Assembly: GCA_039096225.1 (NCBI GenBank)
Contig: JBBPEB010000033.1
Coordinates: forward strand, 806,001 to 870,000
DNA from: Blastocystis sp. Blastoise
Taxonomy: Eukaryota; Protista; Bigyra: Opalinata
Direction of reading: 5' to 3'
Length of the DNA: 64,000 nucleotides
Shown here one piece after another: positions 50,678 through 64,000 of this stretch. The notes beneath the pieces are model-generated. The model saw only the letters and a program-made list of their open reading frames with translations. It was not told where the DNA came from and searched no databases. Positions within the stretch are counted from its first letter, which is position 1; each line of letters starts with the position of its first letter. A program made the position numbers and the translations under genes.

Positions 50678-51276
50678 TATATATCAATTATTTTATATAA
50701 TTTATTATATGCAATTGATTATAAATACATATATATATAATTTATAATAGTAGTATTATCATAATATATATACATACCATTTATAACTAATCTTTTTCTA
50801 GAAGTATTAAAAAATTCTAAAGGAATTCTCAATTTGGTACTATTTTTATAATCTTCATAAACATCATAATTGTTATCATTTAAATAACATATAAGTGACT
50901 TTTTAACATAAAACAATAAATCTCTTAACGTTTCATCTTCCATAGGAAATGAATATTCAACAAGTGTTTTATATACATCAAAACTATCTTGAAGAGTCAT
51001 TGAAGAGACATCTATAGTATCCTCCATAAAAAAACGAACTACTTTTTCCATATTATATGGAAGCTTATCCATATAATAACTTCCATTATTCTCATCTTTA
51101 TCAGAATGCATAATGATATCGTAAAAGGGAAGTTGACGATATTTCTCAATAACTTTAGTAGGAACCCATAATTGAGTCTCATCTTGAAAAGTAAATAGAT
51201 CTAAAATAAATAAAGCACATAAATACTATAGTAAATTACACTTATCTCCGGTTAGCTTGGTTTCAATTTCTGACAT
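46935..51276 (-). CDS. BTB-like + LRR-like protein, subfamily A copy 2 (A2)
   Basis: MSEIETKLTGDK^YLFTFQDETQLWVP. Shares YYTESEMNEYNK, NHVFPNVT, YFPKLHII and NFPHLKTI, plus intron positions, with A1. Long acidic insert at ~48430-48690. Stop at 46935-46937. Confidence 0.72.
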
Positions 51277-51717
51277 TGCTTTTTAACTATAGAAATACAA
51301 TGATCAGATTATGAAACATAAATATGAATATTTCTTTGAATATTATATAAATAAATCTGTCAAACCTACCTTGCTAAGTTGGTTTTTAAAAGGTATTTTA
51401 ATTATTTGTGATTCACAAAAATAAAATAAATTTGAGATAGAATGAGTTTTTGTTTCTTCATAAAATTCTGAAAAAAACAAAGAGTCCACAAGAATTCTAG
51501 TATTTCGGTCTTTGATTAATAAATATTTGAAAAATCGTTATTATATTAGAGAAAACCGCAAAAAATTACAAATATTCATTTTCAAGGGATTCACCGACCA
51601 CTTATTTTGCCATTTTTCTTTTTTTTTCTTATACAAAACGAATAATAGTGAAAAGTAAATTACAGATATGGTAGATTCGCTATTAATGAACTTACATTTA
51701 TTGTAGTACATAAGAGA

Positions 51718-54129
51718 ATGTCCAAAGAACATGATGATTATATATTTCAAACAGATAATCAAAAATCAATAGATATTAGTCGTGAAAGAAAATCGTACAT
51801 AAATTTTATCTTCCAAGGTGAAAATAAAATTAGTATCCCTTTATATTTTCTAAAAACTTATCCAAATTCGTTGTTATCATTGATCTATGAACGTCCTGAG
51901 AATTATCTTGAAGATGATCAAGCCTATTATGTTGATTCTCCATCATTATCAATTGATAAACTAATGAAAATAATATGTAATTCGGATCCTCTTGATTCTT
52001 TCTCTTCTGATGAACTTATTGATTTAGATAAAACTGTAGAATTTTTTCTTGGAAATGATTCTTGGAAATATCGTCTCTTAATTCATGATGCCTTAGTAGA
52101 TATCCTTAAGAAGTTTATTTACAAATATAATTGTGAATTGTATATATAATATTAACTTATATATATGTATATAGAGACAATATGAAAAATATTTATTCTC
52201 AGACTTCTTTCAAAATGACTGTACATGGTATATAATACTATAATTTATTAATTTCATTATTTGCTTTATATAAATATAGATACATTTACTGAGGAAAGAA
52301 ATAAGTTATTTTATCAATATTCACATTTATTTGAGTATTTTAATATTGACGAGGTTACTTTAAAATGTATATAAATCGATTCATATTCTTTATAAGTGTA
52401 TATAGATGATTTTGATGATAGGATTCCTTATGAATATGTATATCCCCACAATTTGCATGAATTGTTTCCTAAACTTAAAAATTATTCTATTTGTGGTATA
52501 TTTAATTTATATATATTATTTATTGATATATAGCTTCTTATTATCCACTGAAGAAATATCTACAAATAAGACCTATCGATAATCATTATTTTACATTATA
52601 TAAAGAGTATAAACGTCAGTATTATTGTACACATTATCCTGAAGCATATTATAAATATCGACAACAACATCCTGAAATAGAAAATTACAGATTAATACAT
52701 CATCAAATATATTTATATCCTTTAAATAATCACGGGAATAATGAGATTTCTAAAAAAGAGAAAGAAAAAGAAAAGAATATTCATCATGAGATTATACCTA
52801 TAGATATCGATGAAGAAATAAGAAATGAAAAAGAAGACGAGAAACCAAATTTATATATAGAATCGTCATCTGATTATTCCCGTGTATATAATGAAGAGAT
52901 GATAAAGAAAGAAAAGGAACATCCATCACTTTATGATAAAAAATCAATTATAAAATTTGATATTTTATTTACTGATGATAATGGAAGTATATATATTAAT
53001 ATCTTTATAAATATTTAAATTATTTATTATTTAGGTATATTAACTGATAAACAATATCCACTATTAACGTAAGTATTTATTTTAAATATAGAATATATAT
53101 ATATATATCATTGTTTTTAATATTATATTTTGTTACAAAGTGCAAATATCTATATAGTTTATTTGATAATAATTTCAATGATATATTTTTATACTTTTCG
53201 AACTTTCAAATATGTAAACAAATTAGATCATTGTCTACTCATTGTATAGAAACATAATAAAAACAATTTATATATATATAGATATTACATACGATGATAT
53301 ATTACAATTAGAAATTCCTCCTTTATTATTATTATTAAAAGACTCACTATTTGCTTCTCTAGAAATATTTGATTTCTCTCAGTGTATACATATATAAATC
53401 ATATAATTTATTAGTATAATTATATATACATAGTTATTAATGAAGATATGTATCCTGAGTATATACAATTATTTAAGGATATTATTTCAACTCATGTATT
53501 TCCAAATGTTACTACATTGAGAATGAATTGTATAAATATATATATGACTTATTAACATAATTATTCATATATATAGCTGATATAACGATGTTTTATGAAA
53601 ATAGTATAAAAGATATATTATTACTAATTACACGAGATCGTTTTCCAAAGTTATCTATATATTATTTACCTTTTTATGATTCTTATGATTTGGAGGATTA
53701 TACTATTTCTATGATGTATGCTATAGTACCTATTTCTTTATTAAATATCATAAATATAATGCAACCGTCTATGAATCAAAGCTATACAGAATTCTTACCA
53801 AATGAAGCTTTTATTAATCATTTTATTATGGCAAAGAAACAACATAATTTTTATATTAAAGGTATTCTATGTTTTATATATTGTTATTCTTTTATATATA
53901 TAGCTAGTTTGAATGTAGATACTTTTATTTCACAATGGAACAACTATATGATAATGATTTATTAATTATAGAAAATATTACATATAGATGTATACTTATA
54001 TATATTATTCAATATAACTAGTTTTATAATACTATTTATTTTTATATATAGTTTCTAGTATTGTATCTAATAAATGTAATTATTCATTATGTGATTTTAG
54101 TGTATATCCATTCAAAACACTTCATATTA

Positions 54130-54197
<68 letters not shown>

Positions 54198-54664
54198 TAT
54201 CTTATAGTAATTGATAGTAAACGTTATGAAATTTTACACGCACTTAAAGATATATACAAAAATATGAATTTTAGTAAATTACAAAAATTAAAAATTTGCT
54301 GTATTTTATAAATAATAATATATATTTATAAAATATATATATTCTAGTTAATAATATTGATTACCAAAGCTATGATGTTTTTGAATTAATAAATGAATAT
54401 TTTTCTTTTTTATGTCTTGGAAAATATAGGACTGTTACTACTCTATCTATAGGTATATTTTATATTGAATTTTATATATATTATTCATTATAAAACACAA
54501 AATGTATTAAAAGTATCAATAATATGTATATATAGAATTTACAGAGAATATTGAGGAAAAATTAGAACAACTTGATGAATGCAAAATAATTAAAATAAAT
54601 GATTTAATATGTGACTTTTTTTCTTTATTCTCAGATAATATTGAAACTTTTAGATTAAAGGGTA

Positions 54665-54695
<31 letters not shown>

Positions 54696-55917
54696 TTATT
54701 ATTATTATATTATTATTATTATATTTTTATTATTATATTTATTATTATACTTATTATTATTATTTATTATTAATAATATATAACAATATATAATAATATA
54801 TAATATTAATTATTATAATATTAAAAAAACAATTTTATAGGTCACTCTTTTAGAAATAATTTATTTTCAATAGAAAAATATATTAATCTTCCTTTGTGGT
54901 CAAATATTCAACGATTGTCACTATCATTAGGTATATATAAATAGATTAAAATATATATACATAAATTAATAGGCAATGAAAGTAAAACAAAGATATTATA
55001 TAGTCTATTTAATTTATTTAAATTAAGAAAATTGAGAAAACTAAAAGAATTTGATCTTTATTATGAAGGTAAGAAAATTATTTATGCTATTCTATGTATA
55101 TAGATGATTTTGATTTATCAGATTTCCTTCAGTTTATTGAATTATTTAAATCAGATTCTTCTATTTCTCTTCCATTTTTAATGTCATTTACTATTACTTT
55201 AGAACAACGTATATAGAATGAGTATTATTAATATGACTATTCTAGATATATATACAATTATAATTAATTATTCTATTCAATATATTATATAGAAGAAAAG
55301 TGTATTGTGTTTTTTGGTAAGTATATACGAAATTTTATACTATTAATTATATGCATAGTATACTAACTCTATATATATAGATACAGATACATCACGGAGT
55401 TACAATATATTTCAATATTTTCCTTCTTTTTCATATTATTTAAAAAAACCAATTATATCTATTCTTGTAAACGATTGTTTTAGTTATTATGAAAAAACAA
55501 TTCAAAATACATATTTTGAATATATATATAATCAACTACAACAAGATTATTGTAAAAATATTATTCTTCTGAATATAGGTATATATATATTATAGATAGA
55601 TATTCATATATATATATTATATATATAGATATAAAAAACCATTTATATATGTCTAAGATTGTTAACTTAATTTTAAATAATAATTTTAATTATTTGAGAG
55701 AACTTACAATAACCTTTTATGGTAGATATATATATTATTATTATTATCTATATGTATATTATATTATTTCATATATATAGATAATGATGATTATTTTAAA
55801 TATTCAGTACTATTTGATAATTTCAAAAAAACACAAAATTCTCATTTGACTATAATATATATAGATAATTCTTTTCATGAACCTAGTGATGATGATTCTT
55901 TTTATTATGATTTATAA
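51718..55917 (+). CDS. BTB-like + LRR-like protein, subfamily B copy 2 (B2); one apparent 1-nt deletion at ~53938
   Basis: INFIFQGENKISIPLYFLKTYPNSLLS..AYYVD (BTB-like), then THVFPNVTTL, RFPKLSIY and NFSKLQKLKI. Stop at 55915-55917. Confidence 0.7.
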
Positions 55918-56750
55918 TAGATATTCCTGGAAAAAAAGGATATATTATAATTATACTTTTTGTGTATTTAAGTTAGTTAATAATAATGTTTATTATAGTT
56001 TTGTTTTATAATTATTTATTTTAAATTATTCAAATCTATTTTTAATATTATGTGAATTGTAATAATTTCTAATAGAATAACTATGTGATTAAAAATGTAA
56101 TTGAAGACAATGCCACTTCAAAGAATGTAAATAATAACAAAAAATATACATATTAATAACAAATAATCTCTTTTGATTTATCATAGGGTATGTTAGATAT
56201 ATTACACTAAAAAGTATCAAAAAAATAATTTTTATAATATTTATATATTTTTCATTTATATCACATTAGCATAATATATCAATAATATTAAGTCTTTAAA
56301 CCAAAAGGACTTATATAAAATAAACAAAATGTTTTAAAATAAAGTGTATACAAGTGCATATATTCTTTTATAAACAAATTAAGCAATAAAATATATATAA
56401 TAATACTTGCCTATATCATTTATATTCTCTATTTTTCTTTAATAACCTAAATATGGAAATTCAAAACAAAACAAAATGGTATATAACAACGTTTTGAGAA
56501 TAAAAGAATTATATATATAAATAGAATAATTGTTTTCTTAAAGAGAATTCACATCAGATTAAAGTTAAAATAAGAATACACAATAGGTATATAGTAAATA
56601 TAAAACATAAAGTATATAGTGACTAGTATACAAGAAAATATATATTGTAACATAATAAGCAATGCATTAATATATATAAATACAAGAAATAATGATTATT
56701 CTATAAAGATTTTAGTATAAAAAGTGTATATAATATAAAATAAAAAGTAT

Positions 56751-59700
56751 TTAGAATCCTCTGAGTCTTCGAGTTTCTATATGTTGATTAGTAGTTTGAA
56801 TAATATCTGCAGTAATAGTAATATCTTCAATAGTATTACTAAGTAGGCTATTTAAGCTATCAATAAATGCATCTTTATGATTAATAATATTTAGAAGTGA
56901 TTCTTTACCTATATCTAATAAGTTTTGAGGAGTTCGAATGATATAGGAAATCTTTATATGAGGAATAGAATCAACTTGGAATTCTTCTACATAATATAAT
57001 TGAATATTTTCAAGAACCATTTTACTATTTTGAATAATAGAACGAAGAATAGATATATAACTAGAACAATACATAGAATCAGAAGAAATATTTTCAAAGT
57101 CAATAGTAAATAGAATATAAGAATTATCAGAAGAAGGACATTGTATATATTGAATAGGTTTTAGATGTGTTAATAATAAATCTTGTTGACATTGATAAAG
57201 AGTATATCCGTAAATATTAGGATTAGTAATACAAAGATTAGGTGAATATTCATCAAGAAGAAGTGATTGACTAAATTCATTAGAAGTACAAGGAGAAGGA
57301 GGTAGAGCTATTGGAATAGAAACAGTAGGAATAGATTCTATTTGAGGAGGGAAATTAATAGAATCTTCTTTTGATAAAGAAGGAATAATTGAGTTCTTAT
57401 GTGTTTCCATAACTTTAGATAATAAATTGGAATATTTATAATTTGATGTGAATAGTATACGCATATTGAATGAATTTGTTATCTATATATGATTAAAATA
57501 TTATATAAATAAATATTTTTATTGTTTATGATAAATAATATATAGATAATATAAAATAATTTAAAAATATATTTCTAATACTATATAATATATATACAGA
57601 AGAAGATGATTCAATATCGACAGCAATATAAAGATCATAAAGTAAATATTTATAAAGAGAAATAATATTTCTGCTTTCTTTATAACGAATATAATCAGGA
57701 TTAATAAGAGGATCAATTTTATTTACTAATATTTCTAATGAATGTTGAGACATACCTTCTAATACAGGTTGCTTTACAACTATATATAAATATTTGATTA
57801 TTAATTATCATATACTTTTTATAGTTTATGAATTTTAAAAAATATATATAATTTAATGAATAAAAATATGTATATATATAAATAACAAATTTAGAAATAT
57901 ATATATAAAACTAAATAAATAAAAATAACTAATATATAACATACTACACATTTCATTATCAATATCTACAGACCAGGAAGCAGTACCATCTGTTTCAACA
58001 CATGAACGTTTTGAATATCCAAAATGAGTATCATCATCACATTTAGGCATACTTGAAGAACCAATAACAGTATCTGTGAAATCATAAATAAAAGAATGAG
58101 CTAAACATATTTTTTGTTCTTGACAAATACCATCAAGAACATGTTCATTTGATTGACAACGTGTACAACCAATATTATTCATTTCATCATTCTTTATTAA
58201 TATACCATTATCACAATATTCACAATAACCATGAGAATTATCATAGAAAAGACCAGTACATTCAACAGGAAGAGGAGCAGGAGTAGGTGCTTCAGTAGGA
58301 GGTTCAGTAGGTATTTCAGTAGGTATTTCAGTAGGTATTTCAGTAGGTATTTCAGTAGGTATTTCAGTAGGTATTTCAGTAGGTATTTCAGTAGGTATTT
58401 CAGTAGGTATTTCAGTAGGAGTTATACAATTATCTTCTTGTTCTTCCCATAATCCATTATTATTACAAAGTCTTTGTATAATTCCAACTGTTCCTTCAGG
58501 ACAATTCTTTGTACCATAAGATCCTGCATTTGTTAATTCAAATCCATCTTCAGATGGGCATGTCAATTGAGTAATACTTATAGAAAGAGTTGTTGATATA
58601 TTTCCTGCTTCATTTTCAGCACGTATAGTAAATACTATTTCAGGTGTTAACATAGTAGAAGAACCACTAATAATACAAGTAGTAGAATCGATTGTTAAAC
58701 CTACAGGTAAATCAGGAGTAATAAAACAAATTACATTAGCTCCTTCTATAACTGGAACAATATTAATATTTGTATTAACAGATAATATAGCTGATTGAGT
58801 AGGATATGATAAAGAAACAGGGGGTAATAATGTGCAAGTATCTTCTGTTGTTAATATTCCATTTGAACAAGATAAGGTCTTATAACCTGAATAATATTGA
58901 GGACAATTTATATTTTCTGTTTTTCCATTAGCTAAATAACCTTGAGAATCAGGATAAATACAACCTAAAGAAGAATTTGGTAAATCATTATATAATTGAA
59001 CTTCATTTAATTCAATAGTACCATAACAATATGTTCTCCAGAAATAGAATTTATATTGATTATAAGATTTAAAATTAAAGAATTGTTGAATAGATTTTGC
59101 TTCATTATAATTATCAAAAGATATAAAAACACTTTCAAATAGAGAATCATAGGTAACACCATTATCATTAGAACCATATAAAGATATTATGTTAGGTACA
59201 TTCTTTGATTCAAAACCTCTGTAGATAATTAAGCTATTTACTAATTCTCTTTGACCATCAGAATAATTTATTTTAACCCAATTATCTGTACCACAATATT
59301 TTTTACTATATCTACTTTCAATATATCCATCCATAGCTAAACTAATCTCAGTTGACGTACTTGTTGAATATCTATCAGTTACTATACCATTATTTTTAAC
59401 ATGTTTCTTTGTATTATATAAATATAAACTAGCATCAATAGATACATCTTGTTCATCACCATATCTATGTGATTCTATTGTTAATATATTATTACCTTCT
59501 TTTAAATATTCTAAAGCAGATCCTGTATTTGTAATTAATTGAGGAGTAGTAAATGTAGAAGTAGCTAAAGTTGAAGCATCAATAGTTGAAGGTAGATTAT
59601 ATTTATATATTTCTTTTCCATTAATAAGAACTTGAATACCATCTTTTATTAATAAACTTAATTCAAAATAATAATATTGACTTATATTTGATAAACTAAA

Positions 59701-62700
59701 TATTCCTCTATAAGCAGTAGTAATTTCATTTGAATTCTCTATATTACCACTATAAGCAGAAGACCATGTAGAATCATCAAAATCAATAGTTGTCCATGAA
59801 GAAGGAAGAATAGTTGAAGTACTATAATACTTCCAATTAATACTATTCATAGCAAATCCATTATTTAATTCATTAATTGTTATATATATATTCATTTCTG
59901 CTGTTTCATCAAATCTTGTAGCTAATATAATATAATGAGTATAAGGAGAAGGAGATATAGTAGTACCAGAAATTGTACCTAGAGAAGTATCAAATTGTAA
60001 ACCTTCAGGTAAAGAAGGAGTAATAGAATATACATAATCTATTTGAACAGTAATAGGAGATATCAATACTTTTTGATTTTGATAAAGATCATAATGTATT
60101 TTGTCATAATATACATCAGGATATTCATACATTAAACAATCAGAATAATCATATTTATATACACTATTACTACAGATAATTTTTATATCACCAACATAGC
60201 CAAAAGGACATGACATATATATATATTCTCCTTCTGTAGTTGTTCTTAAATCATTAATAGCTTGACAAGAAGTAGTAGTTAATTGACTAGTATACATATT
60301 ATATTCAAGCAATTCTATACCATTAAGACAATAATTAGAATGATAAAAGTTAAATTTATATTTATTATAAGATTTTATATTATAGAAATGAATAGAAGTA
60401 ACATCACCTTGTACGTCACCTCTAGAGATTTGATCTTTATTATATAATTCAGTCCATGTAATTCCATCATCATTAGAACCAGATATAATAAATACATCGG
60501 GAGTTCTACTTGTCATACTCGTTCTATATGCCTTTAAATAATTCAAATAATGACGTGTATTACTAGCAAAAGAATAGATTAATGCGTTATCTTTATTACA
60601 TGTATTTGAATTATATTTAGTAGAATAATCTTTATCAAATGCTTTGTCATATGTTTCATGATATGTAGAATCACTATATCCAGGATATATAGAGGTTAAA
60701 GAACCATTTGCTAAACCTTCAGAGTCACCTGTTTTAAATAATAAACTAGCATCAAAAGTTTTCAAATGTTCTTCTCCATATCGATGTATTTCAATAGCTA
60801 TTATATTTTCTCCTTCTACTATATATTCTTGAATAGATCCAGTATTTGAAATAGAAGTAGTAGTAGATAAAAGAGATGAACCTTCTGTTGTAGAATCAAA
60901 ATAAGTAGGTAAATTATATTTATAAATTTCTTTTCCATTAATATAAACAACAATACCATGACGATTCTTTATATTTAATTCAAAATATGTATATAATGTA
61001 CAATCAGTAACCATAAATTTATGTCTATAATAAACAGTAACTCCATTAAGATCATCATATAATCCAGAATTCTTAGCAGGCCAAGATAAATCATCAAAAG
61101 AAAGAGAAGTCCAAGTATTAGAAAGAGGATAAATATCACTAGAATAATATTTCCAAGTAACACCATTAAAATTAAATCCATTAACTTCATCAGTAATTCT
61201 TATTTGAAGTGATATATATGTTGTTTCTCCAGTAGATGTAATAGCAAATACATATGTATTAAAAACAATTTCAGTTGGAATACCACTTATGATACCATTA
61301 TTATTAATAGATAATCCATTAGGAAGATTAGGAGTAACTGTAATATCAATATTATCACCAGATAACTTTTTAGGAATAATATATACATTTTCATTTATAA
61401 AGAATGAATATAATTCATTATCATATTCTAATTCAGCAGATGGTAATTTTACACAATAATTATTTACTGTTGTTATAGTAGAAGCATAACATCTAACAAG
61501 TTTATAACCTTCATATCCTGGATCACAATTACTTCTAAATATTTCTCCAGTTGTAGATCCTCTATGTAAATTTGTAGGAGCACAGAAGTCAGGTTGAGGT
61601 ATATTTGTATATAATTTCATTTCCATACATTCTATACCATTAGTACAACCAGAAGATTTATAGAAATTAATTTTATATTGATTATAGGCTTCATAATTAT
61701 AGAAATGTATTTGTGAAAGTGCTCCTGAATAACTACTGAAATAAATACTAGTACTAGTAAATAATTCAGTCCAACTATTACCATTATCATTAGAACCATA
61801 TATATTAAATACATTTGGAACTCTACCATTTTCATTTCCTCTGTAGAAATATATATTATTTATATAACGACGAGCTCCATCACTATAACTAAAAATAAAT
61901 GCATTATCAATACCACAATTATCTGAATTAAATTTAGTAGTAAGACTATTATCAAATGCATATAAATAAGTTTCATGATATTTATCATCATTATAACCAT
62001 TATATGTAGAACTAGGAGTACCATCATCCATATAAACAAATTCATTATTAAATAATAAAAGACTAGCATCAAAACTTAAATCATGAGTTTCTCCATATCT
62101 ATGTATTTCAACACTAAATATATTTTCACCTTCATTTATATATTCATGAATAGGTATAGTATTTGTAATAATTATAGAAGTATCAAATGTTGATGTAGCT
62201 ATTGTTGTAGAATCTACTTGGTCTGGTAAATGATATTTATATATTTGTTTTCCATTCATATAGGCAATCATACCATCTTTAACACGTAGTTTTAATTCAA
62301 AATAATAAACATTATCAAGAGAAGAAGGAGTAAATATTTTTCTATAATAAGTAGTAATACCATTTAAATTTTCATAAGATCCTGTTAAACTAGAAGACCA
62401 TGTGTCATCATTAAATGAAATAGTATTCCAGTTAGAATCAATTATATTTGATTCTGGAGAATAATATTTCCATTGAATTGTATTCATAAAGAATCCAGGA
62501 GGAGCAATATTAAATTGTAAAATAATTGTTGTAGATTCATAGAAATTCTCTCTTGTTCCTTTTATAGTATATTTAGTTATATTAGGCATAGATGAAACTG
62601 ATCCTTGTATAACACCTGTTTCAGAATTGAATAGAAGACCTTCAGGAAGAGGAGGAGAAATAGTATAAGTATATGTATTATCATATTCATTAGGAATTAT

Positions 62701-64000
62701 ATTTATATATTCACCAAGATAATATGTAAAACTATATTGATTATATTCAATAATAGCAAAACCACTACGAACACATCCTAAATAATTTATTTCATATGAT
62801 TTATCGATACATTCTGAAAATATATATCCAATAAAACCTGAACCACATTCAGTATAGACTATCTCATGTGTTGTTGCACCTCTAAATACATCAGATGGTT
62901 CACATATATATGAATCATTAATAGATATTGTAGATAATTCTACTTCAGATGCTTCTACTCCATCTACGCAATTACTTCCTAAATCAAATTTTAACTCATA
63001 TTTATTATAAGATATATGATGATATAATAAAATATCTACAGAAGAACTAGTAAATATATATTCATTTCTAAAATATAATTGAGTCCAAGTTTTTCCATTA
63101 TCATTAGAACCAGATACTTCAAAAGTATTAGGATTACGTTTTGTTTCTGTTCCTTTATAGAATGTAATATCATTAATAGAATGACGTTCTCCATTATTAT
63201 AAGTAATTATAAAAGCATTATCAGCACCACAATTATTTGAATTGAATTTTGTAGAATAATCACCATCAAATGCTTTATCATATGTTTCATGATATCTATC
63301 ATCATTATAACCAGGATATATAGAACTAATAGTACCTTTACCAAATAAAGATAATTTTTCTTTATACAAAAATAATTCTGCATCAAATCTTAAATCATTT
63401 ATATCACCATATCTATGTGTTTCTATAGTTAATATATTTTCACCATTAATTATATATTCATCAATAGAACCAGTATTTGTAACCGTAAGAAGCGATGTTA
63501 AAGAAGAAAGAGCTTCTGTAGTAAAATCAAAAGTATCAGGCATATTATATTTATATATTTCTTTACCATTAAGATAAGCTACAATACCTTCAACAAATTT
63601 AAATTTTAAATCAAAATAAATCAATTCAGCCGAATTATTTATATTAAATTTAGTTCTATAATATGTAGTAATTCCATTTAAGTTTTCATATTGTTCAGTT
63701 AAAGCAGAAGACCAATTAGAATCATCAAAATCTATAGATTTCCAATCATTCGACATTGATTCAGAACTAGAATAATATTTCCATAATACATTATTAAATA
63801 CTAAACTTCTAGTAATAGCTGGATTTACTTTAATTGAAATAGTAGTAGAAATAGATCCACCATTATTTGTAGCAGTAATAGTATATAACATTTCAATTTT
63901 TGTATTTATAGGTTTACCTGATATTTTACCAGTAGTTATATCTAATGATAATCCATCGGGAAGAGAACCAATAATAGTATATGTAAGTGATTCACCATCA
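56751..64000 (-). CDS. Giant modular secreted/surface protein (5' truncated): 4 x ~440-aa [beta-sandwich + F5/8-like + Cys-rich + putative-Ig] units, PTEI linker, Cys-rich region, C-terminal domain; exons 64000-57945, 57779-57598, 57482-56751
   Basis: WKYYS...FDD..W units at 63783, 62472, 61155 and 59835. AFDxDxSTK and GSNDNGxxWT discoidin-like motifs. LPxGLxxxxxTGxISG He_PIG-type motifs. The frame is open to the window edge. Confidence 0.85.
58303..58419 (-). repeat. 12-nt coding tandem repeat, (PTEI)9-PTE mucin-like linker
   Basis: Perfect ttcagtaggtat units with no spacers. Confidence 0.95.

Noticed and set aside
56754-56771. Ubiquitin-like C-terminus (RLRGF versus RLRGG)
   Set aside because: It lacks the di-glycine and any ubiquitin-fold signature, and it sits on an apparently extracellular protein.
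58303-58419. CRISPR-like or non-coding repeat array, and the antisense (FSRY)n ORF
   Set aside because: The 12-nt units have no spacers and are in frame as a PTEI linker. The antisense ORF is only its shadow.

Overview
This is a very AT-rich, intron-dense eukaryotic contig, not a prokaryotic one, so most short ORFs in the track are exon fragments or microsatellite artefacts. The gene content and the short introns suggest an AT-rich Blastocystis-like gut stramenopile, but that is an inference. I reconstruct about 14 spliced genes plus a tRNA-Arg(ACG). On the left are a secreted GH51 arabinofuranosidase, a PH-domain protein, a type II membrane glycosyltransferase-like protein and an importin-4-like karyopherin. 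A ~38 kb block (17.7-55.9 kb) follows that seems to contain only ubiquitin-pathway genes: four BTB-BTB-TLDc paralogues, four BTB plus LRR-like paralogues arranged as two head-to-head A/B pairs, and one UBR1/PRT6-like E3 ligase. The window ends in a giant modular surface or secreted protein truncated at the right edge. The most notable signals are: (1) the duplicated divergent BTB-LRR A/B pairs within a putative Cullin-3 adaptor island, with shared upstream motifs; (2) introns bounded by, or in one case made entirely of, (TA)n; (3) precise loss of two introns plus mosaicism among the BTB-TLDc paralogues. Domain calls come from motif recognition by eye, and no searches were run.
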